From Camelus ferus (taxonomy: Eukaryota), in the NCBI RefSeq assembly GCF_009834535.1, contig NC_045697.1:86120001-86184000 (forward strand): 64,000 nt of DNA, given 5' to 3'. Shown one piece after another: positions 42,075-54,443 of the stretch. Each line of letters opens with the position of its first letter. The first letter of the stretch is position 1. The translations under genes and the position numbers were made by a program. The notes under the pieces are model-generated. The model had not been told where the DNA came from, ran no database searches, and worked only from the letters and a program-made list of their open reading frames with translations.

Positions 42075-42200
42075 GAGTTGGTTTCAACATTTATTGAGCA
42101 CCTACTATGTACCAGGCACTGTACTAGATGCTGGAGACACAAAGATGAACAAGACATGGTCCCTGTCCCCAAGGAGCTTACAGTCTCTTGGAGGCAAACA
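42075..42200 (-). mobile_element. L2 3' end in the TRPC3 3'UTR
   Basis: CAACATTTATTGAGCACCTACTATGTACCAGGCACTGTACTAGATGCTGGAGACAC...AAGGAGCTTACAGTCT. Confidence 0.85.
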
Positions 42201-42498
42201 GGTAGTGCAAAGACATAGAGTTTATTCTGAAATGGACAAAAATGTCAGTAATGTGGTAATATTGGGCCTTTAAATACAATGGCATGTCGTTGTTTGTCAT
42301 GTCAAGGCAGACAATTAAAATGAAGACCATTTGCATGTGATAAAACAGTAAAATCATTAAGACCTAACTTTTAAAGATTCACATGATAAAGGTAGTTAAT
42401 ACCAAAATTTACACCATAGTTTTTCAAGTATTTCATACTTAGAAATATTATTGCCCACATTTGTGCTATAGTCAAAGCCATAATTCCAGGTTACTGAA

Positions 42499-42641
42499 TC
42501 ATTCACATCTCAGCATGCTGGGATTTAGTTTCTCACTGAGTTTATGAATTAGAATGGCTAATTCCTCAGTTGCTTGGCTTTTGTCCTCCAAAAGTTCATA
42601 ACGAAGGCTGGAGATATCTTGCTTGATTTCTTTCAATTCAC
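42499..42641 (-). CDS. TRPC3: TRPC3 last coding exon ([50 protein letters not shown])
   Basis: TAG acceptor at 42642-42644, TGA at 42501-42499; coiled-coil C-terminus. Confidence 0.97.
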
Positions 42642-45061
42642 CTAGAGTATTTGTATGAAAGAAAATATTTAATTGGTAATTTGCTCTTTGGATTTAGAAA
42701 AAAAAATAAAGACTGAAATTCATACACTATGAATACATTGGTCTCATAACATCTCTAATTTAGTTATTTCAGATTTTTTCCTTTAAAATGTTTAAGAAGT
42801 GTCTGCCATTAAAAACGTACTGACCTTTGGGAAAAGCTATAAAAATAGTCCATCTATGTTTTAAAAGTAAAACTAAGCTCAAGTATTGACCTGTGGCTCA
42901 GCCAATTTTTAACATGGAGTGATTTCTATAAGCAGAGTATCTCCTTTCTGTCTTCAGGGAGTTCCTCCAGTCCCTCAGTCATAAGGGCTGACACCTGCAT
43001 AGATCATTGCCCACTGCTAGGATGGAAAGGAACCCCAGCAAAACAAAACGTTACCAAAAATGAGTCAATCTATTTAACAGGAAAATACATGGAGGAAGTA
43101 AATTTTAGGTCAAGTTTGAAGTAAGGAAAAGGAAGGAAAAAGTTTAGGGGTGTTTCTTAGGGAGGGTAACAGTAATGAACAGGGAGTCAAGGAAAAAACA
43201 AATTAGTTTGTGTGGCCGAGGGGACGGATATTTAAGGAGATAACAAGCAATGGTGAGATTAAGTTTAGATGTGATGCCACTGGCAACGTGTACATACATA
43301 GGAGTCTCCACAGGAGACTTCTGGCTATTAAAACACAACTATTCCCATAATTCATCTTGGCAGTATTTTGAGCATATGTAGACTGCAATCAAAAACTGGA
43401 TTCTCTTGCAAATAATTGTAGATAAGCCACCGGCCTTGGAAGGTAAACTTTGGGACAGGAATTTATCTTGAATCTAAGAAATGATTCTTCAACTCACTGG
43501 CACTTTAACAGTTTTTTACAATAGAATCACATGAGAAATGTATCTTTTATTGGTATTTCCTGGTATCTTTATGATGCTTTAAAGTGTAATCTCTATGTTC
43601 TTTTATTATATAAAAGTCAGAACCTTTTTATTTTAAGGAATTTTAACTCTCCTTTAAGAATACAGACAAAACATTTGTTGATTCCTTTTGCAGTGGAAAA
43701 AAAAAGTGCTTATTCCTTTGCAAATGGCACTATAGACAAAATAAACTGATCAAATTTGAAATCACGAGGCCAGTCTGGTGGAAGAAATGGATTCTCATAC
43801 CAATTAGTGTCCTATTTGGACCATAAGCCCAGTGCGCCCCCTTTCACCTCCTTACTGCCATATCCTTCTTCCTTGTTTTTGAGTTCTGGGGTGCCTAGAC
43901 ACTAAGTGTCGAATTTAGTCTGCCAATACAGGAAACACAAGTTACTCGACCTCTTCAGCATTTAGTTTCTTCATTTATTAAATGAGGAGGTTGAGTTAAA
44001 TGATATACTTTCTTAGTTAGAACTTTGCTCAAAACTCCAAATTCTCGTTAATTCATTTTCCTTTTTTGGGTAAAAGGGCTTGGAAGATGGCACCTTGTTT
44101 TTGACGATGTTATGGTGGCTCAATTCCCCCCATCACTTACTTTTTTTGTTTGTTTTCAGGGACAACTGACTAGGTTTCTGCTTTCTAAACTAAAACCTAA
44201 TTCCAATCCTGTCTCCCTGAGGCTGTTTCTAGGTCACCGTGATTGGATATTTGCTGGTTCCCAATCACACATTCTTAGATTTCTTTTCTATATCCACATA
44301 CCATTGTACTGACTCAGACTTGCAAGGGATTCCTTGCATTAATCAAAGCTCATCAAAAATTTTATTTAGGCTAGCCCTTTCTTATCAGTGCACGTAGATC
44401 TAATGGCATCTCATTGGTGTCGAAAATTGCCCTTTCTGTTTTTAGGGCAACTTATTTCTCCCAGGTTGATTTCTTTCCATCTCTGGACCTGTGCTTTGGC
44501 TTGCACCCCAGCCTTTGATAAAAAAATTTTATAGTCCAGACAGATGCCTTGCCTAGGATATGCCTGGAAAAATAGGCACGAGAAGAAGAGTGAAAGGCAA
44601 AAGAGAAACGCTGGATGGGAAAAGTGGGTTAGAGATTTCTTTCTGGACAACAAAGTTAAGATTTTCCTGGAAAAAATGTGGATTCTGTTTGCACCAACCA
44701 TTATTTCACCTGCATCATTGGAAAAATGTGAACACTCACGTGAACTCACTGAAACACAACTGAAATGATGGACTACCTTATGTAATAGGGATTAAAAGCT
44801 CCCAGAAAGATGGCAGTGTTTACATTCTAAGAATCAGTTTGGGCATTCTGTAGGGATAAATTGTCTCTGATTGACACTTTAAATAATTGTTTCTTTAAAA
44901 AGACAGGCTTTTAGAAATGTAACGTTAAGGTTCTCCTGTCAATCTTGGAGGAGTCCGAACTGTTACCTGAGATTGGATTTTTAAAGTATCCTTCTATATG
45001 AAGTTTTCCAAGTTCATTAAATTAGTTGTAAAAGGATGTTTCTCAAGGTGAAGATGCTTAC

Positions 45062-45137
45062 CTTCATTAACTTCATCATTTTCTTTGTCTACTTGTGCTT
45101 TCAAAACATATCTCTTTATAAGTCTTTTCATTATCTG
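45062..45137 (-). CDS. TRPC3: TRPC3 penultimate exon ([25 protein letters not shown])
   Basis: 76 nt, CAGCAG acceptor, GTAAGC donor. Confidence 0.96.
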
Positions 45138-45350
45138 CTGTTGGGCCAAAAAAAAAAATTATGTCACCAATGGTATACATAAGTAATCTGGATCCTATTC
45201 TCCAAAGAACCTTACATACCTGTAAAGCAAACAATTCAGGGCAGAGAAATTGTATGTAACTATCTACAGAAAACACACTCAGCTTTCAGAATTTAATCCC
45301 TTTTCATCTTGTACTGAGTCTCACTGAATAATCCACAAACATCCCTCTTG

Positions 45351-45427
45351 CCCACCCTTCACCCTCACCCTCACCCTCACCCCCACACCCTCACCCCCAC
45401 ACCCTCACCGTCACCCACCCACACCCT
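45351..45427. repeat. (CACCCT)n-like repeat; (GGGTGA)n on the minus strand
   Basis: Direct reading. Confidence 0.9.
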
Positions 45428-45844
45428 ACTCTGGGAATGCAAGAAGTTATTAAAAAAAAAAAGTTCAGTTGAAAGGCTTCAATTTATGGTTTCTCTTTCA
45501 ACTACTGACTTCTCTTCAAGGTGCTGACAATATATTATCATCTATAGACACTACCTTATTTCTCACTGTTTTAAAAACTATATAAATATATGCTCAATAG
45601 AGAGAACCTGGAAAATACAGAGAGAAAAAAATAAACAAAAATCATCAGTTATCCCACTGCCCAAAGATAATCTTTGTTGTTATTTTAGTGTATGTCCTTC
45701 CAATATTTTTTAAAATGTTGTATGTATATTAATTACTACATTTACTACATTTTGTTTTCAGAAATACCATATATTCTGTTATATTATGTTTTCCTCTCAT
45801 AGCAATATATATTGTGAATATATTTCAATCTAAATAAATGCTTT

Positions 45845-47720
45845 TACAAGATAATTGTTTATCCGTATGAAGAAAATTAAATTGGAGCCCTACTTCATAC
45901 CATGCACACAAAAATGAATTCCACATGCATCTTAAATGTGAAAGATAAGGCTTTTAAATCCTTTAAAGGAAAGTACAGGAGAATACATTTATAAATTCAG
46001 TGTTGAGCTAGATGTTTTTTAAACAAGATAAACAATTCTAATCACAATAGAAAAGATTGATAAACTCAACCTCCTTACAATTAAAACTTCCTTAAAGCTT
46101 TTGTTTATAAAGATACCATAAAGAGAGGGAGCAAAGCGAGCCACAAACTGGGAGAAAATACCGATAATACTTATAGCTGGTAAAAAATTTGGATCCAAGA
46201 TATGTGAAGAACTTTTTAATAAGAAAAATGCAAATTATCCAATAGAAAAATGGGCAAAAGACAAACAGGCACTTCACAGAAATGGAACTGTGAATGGTCA
46301 ATGAGCATATAAAGCAATCTCAATCTCTTTTCTTGGGGAAATATAAATTACAATGAAAAGGAGATACAGGGGCTTGTGGGGAGGGGGCATTGGGAGAAGG
46401 CAGTCAAAGGTAAAAACTTCCAGTTATAAGATAAATAAGTACTAGAGATGTAACGTACAACATGATACATGCAATTAACACTGTTGTGCGTTATATATGA
46501 GCCACTGAGAGAGTAAATCCTAAGAGTTCTCATTACAAGAAAAAATTTTTCTATATCTTTAATTTTGCATCTATATGAGATGGTGGGTGTTCGCTGAATT
46601 CATTAGGATAATAATTGCATGATATATGTAAGTCAAATCATTATGCTGTACACCTTAAACTTATACAGTGCTGTGTGTCAATTATATCTCAGTAAAACTG
46701 GGGGGGGGGAGTGACACAATTTTACATCTAAAAAGGGAAAAAATTAATAAATCTTATAATCCCAAGTGCTGGAAAGGACATGGATCACTGGGACTTTTGT
46801 ACTTTACTGGCCTGAATATACGTAGATCACTTTGGAAAACAATTTGGCATTATCTTTTTTTTTTCAATTGTAGTACTGTTGATTTACAATATTATATTAG
46901 TTTCAGGTATACAACACAGTGATTCAGTATTTTTATAGAGTACACTCCATTTAAAGTTATTATAAAACAATGGCTATATTTCCCTGTGCTGTACAATATA
47001 TCCTTGTAGCTTATTTTATACATCATAGTTTGTACCTCTTAATCCCCTACCGATCTGGCATTATCTTTTAAGGTTAAACACTTGAGTATGCTTTCACTCA
47101 GAAATTTCACTCCTTGGTACAGGGCCTAGAGAATCTTTGCACATGTGGACCAAGAAACATAAACAATGTTTACAGCAATCTCGTCTGAAACAGCAAAAAA
47201 CCTGGAAATGATCCAAACAAGTACCAAGAGGAGAAGAGACAAATAAATCATAGTATGTTATAGAACGTACTGTCATTGTGTTCACTAATGAAATTAATTA
47301 CTGAAATTAGTGAACCACAGCCACACAACAGTATGGATGAATCTTAGAAGTATTACTGTTGAATGAAAAATTCAACTCGCGGACTTCACGAAGTATGAAA
47401 ATATTCTTATAAAGTTACTCAACAATGAGGAAATCTACATGATGTACTTTTAGGACTATTAAAAATGTTAAAAAACAAACAAACAAACAAACCTATATTT
47501 GAAAAGAAAACCAAAGCAAGAAGATGAGAAACCCAAACTTTAGGATAGTTATTACCCCTTCGGTGGAGGTAAGGGTGCGGTCTAGGAAGGAGACCCATGG
47601 AGAAGCAATGGACAGATAACGCTATCACTCTTGGGGAGGTGGTGGTTTCCTAGGTATGCATGTAATTATCCTTCATAATTAATTATGTGTTACACATATT
47701 CTTATGAATATGTCAAATAG
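45845..47720 (+). mobile_element. Old L1 with nested L1 3'-end insertions (about 46350-46710 plus; about 46858-47051 minus)
   Basis: L1 ORF2 motifs; the minus-strand insert is flanked by TSD TGGCATTATCTTT (46845-46857, 47056-47068). Confidence 0.75.
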
Positions 47721-48554
47721 CACAGTAAACAGATAACAACGGAAAGGAAAAAAGATCTGAACTAAAATGCAGGTATCGTGAGAGTGAAAAATATATCTCA
47801 GTTTTAAGAAAGTAGAAATTATAAACTGAAGTGATCCATTAGATGCCAAGGTCAAGTAAAAGGGAGAAGTCTAGGATGATTTGAAATGTCTGTCTCAGAG
47901 AATAATGACAGATCAAGAGGGAGCCATGCTATGGAAAAGGAAAAGCCCATTTTATCGGTCTTAATAAAATATGTATAACATCTGCTGAGTTGTGTGGAAA
48001 CTGGACTCCAGGACAGACTCACAGCTGGGTGGATCTCGGCCAGGACTCATTCATTCATTCACCAAATATTTAGTGAAGATCAATTCTGTGTCAGGTACTA
48101 GGCACTGGGGATTCAACAGTGAACACAAAGTTCATTGGAACAATTCACTATGATGGGTAAACATATCAGGGATATAATTAAGTTTAGGGGACAGTGCAGG
48201 CAGATTCCTATAGAAAGGAAAAACAAAGAAATGTTTATTCATTAAAAGCAGCTTGAAAAGCAGTAATACATATCAGTAGGAAAGAAAAGACTATTCAACA
48301 AATGGTGCTGAGATGATGGGCTATCCTTATGAGAAAGTTAAAATTAGATCTTCCTCACACCACACACAGAAAGAAGACCCAAATGGATGAAAGATCTAAA
48401 TGTGCAAAGCAAAAACTTTGAAAGGAATAGGGAAATGTTTCTTCAGAAAGCTAACAGAAAGGCTAAGCCATAAGGAAAAGGTTGATAAATCTGACCCTAT
48501 TATGACAATTTAAAACTTTCATACAAGGAAGGATACCAATGAAATGTAACCATA

Positions 48555-49771
48555 TGTCAGATGGGATTTTTCCTGTTGTCCTGGAATTGTTGATAAACCC
48601 AAAACTGATGATAAAGGATGCCAAGTACCCCATGGTCTAAGACCACGTTGTCACTTGCTGTTGGAGCCAGCCATCTCCCTCCCTTCAGGGTTTATTGAGA
48701 ATCACTAGACCAGTACTGAACTTACCACCAACTTCCTCCTCACTCCCCACAAGGAAAAGGAATGAGACATGGGAGGGATCATGGGCTTTTGGGGGAGAGA
48801 GGCTATTCTCTGTCTTACCTGCATGGAAGGGAGGGGTGCACTGCCCCAACCCCTCCCCAGAAGCTAAGGAAAGAATGAACTCTAAGGTAATCACTCATAA
48901 TGATTAGGGTTACCTATATGAAACAGGGCCTGGCATCCAGCAAAATTAAATGTCTATTCCAGCAGACTTGCTGGCTTGCTCCTGGTAATTTAGTCAGGAA
49001 GGAAAAAGAACTGAGATAAAAGAGGAACAGCCATTGGATCAACCTTTAATCTCAATACTTGACAGATATACATTTCCACTATATAGTTGTGTGAAATACA
49101 CATCAGAGGGAAACGATACTCTATTCAGTAAACGAGGCTCAGACAATTAGACCCACATCGCAAGTCAGGGCCAAATCTCTGCGTCAGGGAGCTGAGCAAA
49201 GGGGAAGCAGCCCACCTCGCCTGTTAAAATCCTCTGAACTTGCCCCTGCTCTATTAGACAGTCAGCACTTCAGTGCCCTGCCACAGGCAGAACAACAAAC
49301 TTTGGTCAGTGTTAGAGCAGTGGTGACAAACAACATGGAGGGAACTGCACCCTACAGTTAAATGAAGGGAAAAGACGTCTGCCTTTGGCTCCTTCCTCCT
49401 CCCTCTCTGCGTGGCAGAGGACCAGCACCTAGAAGAGTCAGCAGGGGAGGTGGGAACAAAGCAGACCACAGCCTTCAGCCACCAGTCACACAAAGGTGTA
49501 GCTCTCTGATGGGTGAGGAGGAGGGCGCTAGATTTGATTTGGTAATTTAAGTTTCAAAATAAATACAACTGTCTCTTTAATGAAAAAAAAAGAGACTTTC
49601 TAACAACCGAAAGTCATTGGAAAGTTATAAGGTCTTGACAAGATGTTGTAAAGGGATCCTCCATTCAGCAGAAAAGAAGAGTTCAAAATAAGACAAGTTA
49701 GTGGGAAATCACTGAAAATGAAGTCACTTTTATACGTTCACAGGCTGGGACTCCTTACTGAACTCATTACA
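48555..49771 (-). mobile_element. Probable long solo LTR (LTR78-like) interrupting an L1
   Basis: TG...CA ends, minus-strand AATAAA near 48690, and L1 sequence resumes on both sides; family name tentative. Confidence 0.45.
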
Positions 49772-51340
49772 TGAAGTTAAAAGACAAACCAAAGAGTGAG
49801 AGAAATTGCTTGCAAAACACACTGACAAAGAATCAGCATTCAGAACATGATAGAATTTTGACAGGTCAATAGGGTAAAGACAAACAGCCAAGCAGAATTA
49901 GGAAAAAGAATTTAAATTCACAAGAATGGAAAACTGAATGGCCAACAAATGGATGAGAAGATGTTCAATCTCACTGGTAGTCAGAGAAGTATAAATTAAA
50001 AAAACAAATACCAATTCACATATATAAGTTTGGCAAACATTTTTTTTCTCTTGAAAACAATTCAGACCCATAGAGGATCTGGAAGTAAAATAAGGTGACT
50101 TCAAATAGACCTTTCACCTAGATTCACCAGTGTTAGAAACTTGCCACATTTGCCTTCTCTTACTCTCTGTGTCTATCATTATTTATGGCTAAAGCATTTG
50201 AGAATAATTTTCAGACATCATGTCCGTTTATCCCTAAATACTTCCGTATCTTCTATATATTCTCTTATATAACCATGCTACAATGATCAAACTTTATAAA
50301 AATTAACATGAGGTAAATCGTTTAATACATAGTCCATGTTCTGTCTCATTTCCCCAGTCAAGGATCACATGTTGCTTTTACATATCCTGTATCATTAGTC
50401 TCCTTTAATCTGGAACAGCTCCTTGGCCTTTCCTTGTCTTATAAGATGCTGACATTTTTAAAAGCATAGAGGGAAATTGTTTTGTAGTTGGCTAAATTTT
50501 ATTTATTTTTTAAAATCTATTTTTATATATAGTGGTTAACATTCGTAAATCTCAAACTCCCAAATTTATCCCCTCCCACTCCCTTTACCCCATAACCTTA
50601 AGATTGTTTACTAAGTCTGAGGATCTGTTTCTGTTTTGTAGATGAGTTCATAGTGTTCTTTTAAAAAAATCTGATAATATCAAGTGCTTGTGGGAACACT
50701 GGGAAACTCTTGTACCCTGTTATCGGAAACAGAAATTGATAGAACCACTCCCAGGTATACAACCCAGAAAAGCTCTTACAAATGTGCAAAAGGAGACATT
50801 TACTAAGAGTTCATTACAGCATTATTTATAATTGTCAAAAATGGAAAATAAGCTAAATATTCATCAACAGACGAATGAATGAACAAAAATCATTTATTCA
50901 TACAATGGGATATTATACAACAGTTAGAATGAAGAACAAGACATATGTGTATCAATACAGATAATTCTCAAAAATATAAAGATAAGTGAAAAAAGCAGAA
51001 TATGTAATATTTATTTATGCATATTCCCAAAACATAAAACTAGCACCTAATGGTATGAATATACTTATGTAAGTATTAAATATATAAAAGTTTGCATGGG
51101 AAAAACACACATGAACTTCAAAGTAGGGAAGATCACTAGGGAGGGATGAAAGGTAATGTAATAGGGTAGAGGTATTTTAGTTGTATCAAATTTTTCTTAT
51201 AAAAAAGTCCAAAAAGAATATGGCAAAATGTTAATATTCATTAAATTAAGATGGTAGTGGCATAGATGTCTAACAGGATTATTTTGTGATACCTCTCCGT
51301 GTTTGAAATAGTTCACAATTAAAATTTAAAACATAACAAA
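49772..51340 (+). mobile_element. Old L1 3' region with nested antisense L1 fragments
   Basis: GAAGATGTTCAATCTCACTGGTAGTCAGAGAA; TTCATACAATGGGATATTATACAACAG; antisense insert at about 50500-50660. Confidence 0.65.
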
Positions 51341-53694
51341 ATAAAAGCAATTAAAATGCTCTAATAAATAGGCTTTTAATGCTGCCTAGCAAACTGATGT
51401 GCCTCCCTGGCCGGGGCATTCATTCCATCTTCAGTACCGATAATAGTCCTTCAGTCATGACAAAGAGACAAACGTTTTTCACTTTTACAAAGTTGTAAAA
51501 ACTGTAGCTTGTAAAGAAACTGAGAATAACTCAGGGCTTAAAAGGGTCTTATTTAGTACCATTCAGAAGTGCATTATTTAGAAATCGTATCTCTACAAAA
51601 GATAAGAAAACCTCTTAAAAATTAAAGTGAGTCAGAATGGTTTTGGAGACAAAAATCTTGAATTTGAATGCAGGCTTTTAATTACCTGCTGGGTGAACTT
51701 AAGGTGTTTAAACTCTTTGAACATCCATTTCCTCATCTACAAAATGCGGGGTAACAAAATTCAACTCATAAGTTCTGCAGATTAAATAATTAAATGCACG
51801 TAAAAGCATAGTTCCTGCTTAGAAAAGATTAGCTCTTGTTAGTATTATATATAAAAATAAAGTTTGAAGATTAAGATATTGCTACCCGCATTCTCAAGTA
51901 TAATAAAATATTTATGTAACGTTATCCAAAACTGCACTTAGAAAGTCTATGAAAACTGGCATTTACTGCCAGAAGGGATGATAACAAGAAACTAAAATAT
52001 TTTAAACATTCATACAGTGTTCAAGTTCCCTAGAAACATCCTGAACAAAGCTACTCAGATTAAATTCCCTCAGTGAAGGGAAACCAGGAAAATATATTCA
52101 TCTCCATTTCATCTTTAACCTGCAGGGAAAAAATTATGGTTACAGGCTTAATTTTTTTCCCTTCAAAATTTAATGTGTTTTAAGCTTTCCATGTATCCCA
52201 CAAAAATGTTTCCCTTAATATTTACAGCTTAAATATTTTTATCAACCACTGCACCAAGTTTGAGTCCCTGTAAAAGGCAAGAAGACACCTGCTATTGGAC
52301 AAATCAGTTTCCCCACACATGACACTACGTGGTAATAGTCCATCCCTCAGTTCACATTGGAAAGATAATTGGTATGAATTCCAAAATGATGTTCAGCTCA
52401 AAGAAGGGGGAAAAGTTAGCCTTTCCATTCTTTCAGGCAGCTTGTCTGGTGAACCCAAGTTAGTACTATGTAGAGGTTAAGAAAGCAGGCTGCAAGGACA
52501 GATTACCTGGATTTGAGTTATGACTCCATTACTTGTAAGCTGTGGAATCTTGGTGACTTAATCTGTATAGTGGAAATGTTAGAATCAATCTTGTAAAAGA
52601 CAATACAGGTAGATTACATAGAAGCTGCTCAATTAATATAACTATTATTTTTTATTATAACTTATGCTTCTTTTATAAAGCAATTCTTGATTAGCCAATC
52701 TTAATAATGGTGATACTACAGTCAAGGATCATGAAACTTGTATGCAGTAATTATCATTTAAAATATTATTTCACCTAAATTTCCAACGGATTCTTTAATC
52801 AAACCCAGTACCCCAAATTAAACTGATCTATAACCGAATCATCTTTCCCTCTTGGTTAAATTGCTAACACAATAGAAGTCTATAGATTAACTTCCACATT
52901 CCACAAACCTCCAGGAATTATCCATATTTCTTGGTATGAGCATGTAAGTCACTCTTTAAGGAAGATGTTGTAACTTTGTGGAGTGGACTATGGATATTTT
53001 CTGTCCAAGGTATGGACAGCTTGGTAGTAGTGACCTCGAACATTTCCTCTTGCAAAGAAATCCAAGTTCATTTCTCAGCCCTCCATTAAGACTGGGAGGA
53101 GGAATGAGATTTTGGTGGTTGGATATCTGGGTTTGCCCTTCCTTCCCGAAAGGCCACAAAACTTGTCTTTTCACTTAATTATTTTTTATTGATTCAAATT
53201 CAACTAACAACTATTAAGTACATTCTCAGGCACTCTTACATTCATTTTCTCGCTTGTGCCTACAGAGAAGCCAAATTTAACTGACATCAGTAGGTTCTAT
53301 AATATGAATTTCAGCAATCTATAAAGTATGAATATAAGGTAATGAGACTGATTTAGACAAACATAAAGAACTCGGAAGCAGCGAGTAGAATGTTAGAGAG
53401 GGAAGGGTCCTTGGAAATCTTGTGTTTTTCATTTTTTCATACCACTCATTGTGACACACCCGGATGGATTACCATGGCACAGCCTCTGAAAACATCTGTG
53501 ATTCAGACCCTGCTACTCTTTCCAGACAGCTGGTTAATTCTATTTTTGGACAACTGTAGCTGTTAAAAAATTCCTTTGTATTGAGCCAAAATCTGCTTCA
53601 CTGTACTTTCTAACTACTTGTCCAAGTTCTGTTCTTTGGAGAGAGAATAAATTTGCTTCTTCTACTTGATCAGTTTTCAAATAGTTCCCTTCTC

Positions 53695-54164
53695 TGGGTT
53701 CCCCTGGGTTCCTGGAACTGATCAAGACCCTATAGGGCCTTCCTGGGACAGACCCCTCCCCCACGTCCTCTGCTTTAGCTCCTCTCTGACTGATGTGCCT
53801 AGGTAACTGTAACTGATGCACATTTCCTGAGTTTTTCAAATGGTAAAACCACCACCAAATGGAAGAAATTAACTACTTGATGATTGTGAGCACATAGCCC
53901 CGAGACGCACTGGAGCCAAAGGATCTCCATCAGCCAATCAGAGATTTGTGCACAGCTGATCGCATACGCTGGGATGCCCCTCTGTCACCTGGCCTTTAAA
54001 AATGCTTTCCTGAAACCCTTTGGAGAATTCGAGGTTTTAGGGCATGAGCCACTAGTCCTCCTTCTATTGGCTCCTTTACAGTAAACCCTGCACTTCCCTT
54101 CACCACTGGTGTCAGTAGATGGGCCTTGCGTACGGGCGAGTGGGCCCAAGTTTGGTTCAGTACA
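53695..54164 (+). mobile_element. ERV1-type solo LTR with 4-bp TSD
   Basis: TG...CA ends with TCTC on both sides (53691-53694, 54165-54168); CCAAT 53934-53938, TTTAAAAA 53995-54002, AGTAAA 54080-54085. Confidence 0.85.
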
Positions 54165-54332
54165 TCTCACCTGTACCAGACAGCCACATCTGAGGGTTGT
54201 ATGAATGTTCACCTACTTTTTTTTTCCCCTTCCCTTCTTCTCCACCTCAATGTTGCCCTTCCACTCCAGGGAACAGATCCTTAAAGCCAAGGACTATATC
54301 TTTGTGTTCCTATAACCTGGGACCATGCATAA

Positions 54333-54443
54333 TAGAGGAGGCAATAGGAGGCATTCACATGAAGCTTCACAGATGTCTATCAATAGAGGATATCCTGACT
54401 GTGCCACGAAGCTTCATGTGAATGCCTCCTGTTGCCTCCTTTA
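54333..54443. repeat. Near-perfect inverted repeat (33-36 bp arms, 39-nt spacer)
   Basis: 54336-54368 and 54408-54440 are reverse complements at 32 of 33 positions. Confidence 0.95.

Larger units (their letters stand above)
38430..42498 (-). other. TRPC3: Probable TRPC3 3'UTR with multiple polyadenylation signals
   Basis: Follows the stop codon; minus-strand AATAAA at 42046-42051, 41645-41650, 40865-40870, 40620-40625, 40039-40044 and 38445-38450. The distal end is inferred. Confidence 0.55.

Noticed and set aside
41833..42273. Longest ORF in the track (146 aa, + strand)
   Set aside because: Non-ATG start, antisense to the TRPC3 3'UTR, partly L2 sequence, and no recognisable protein.
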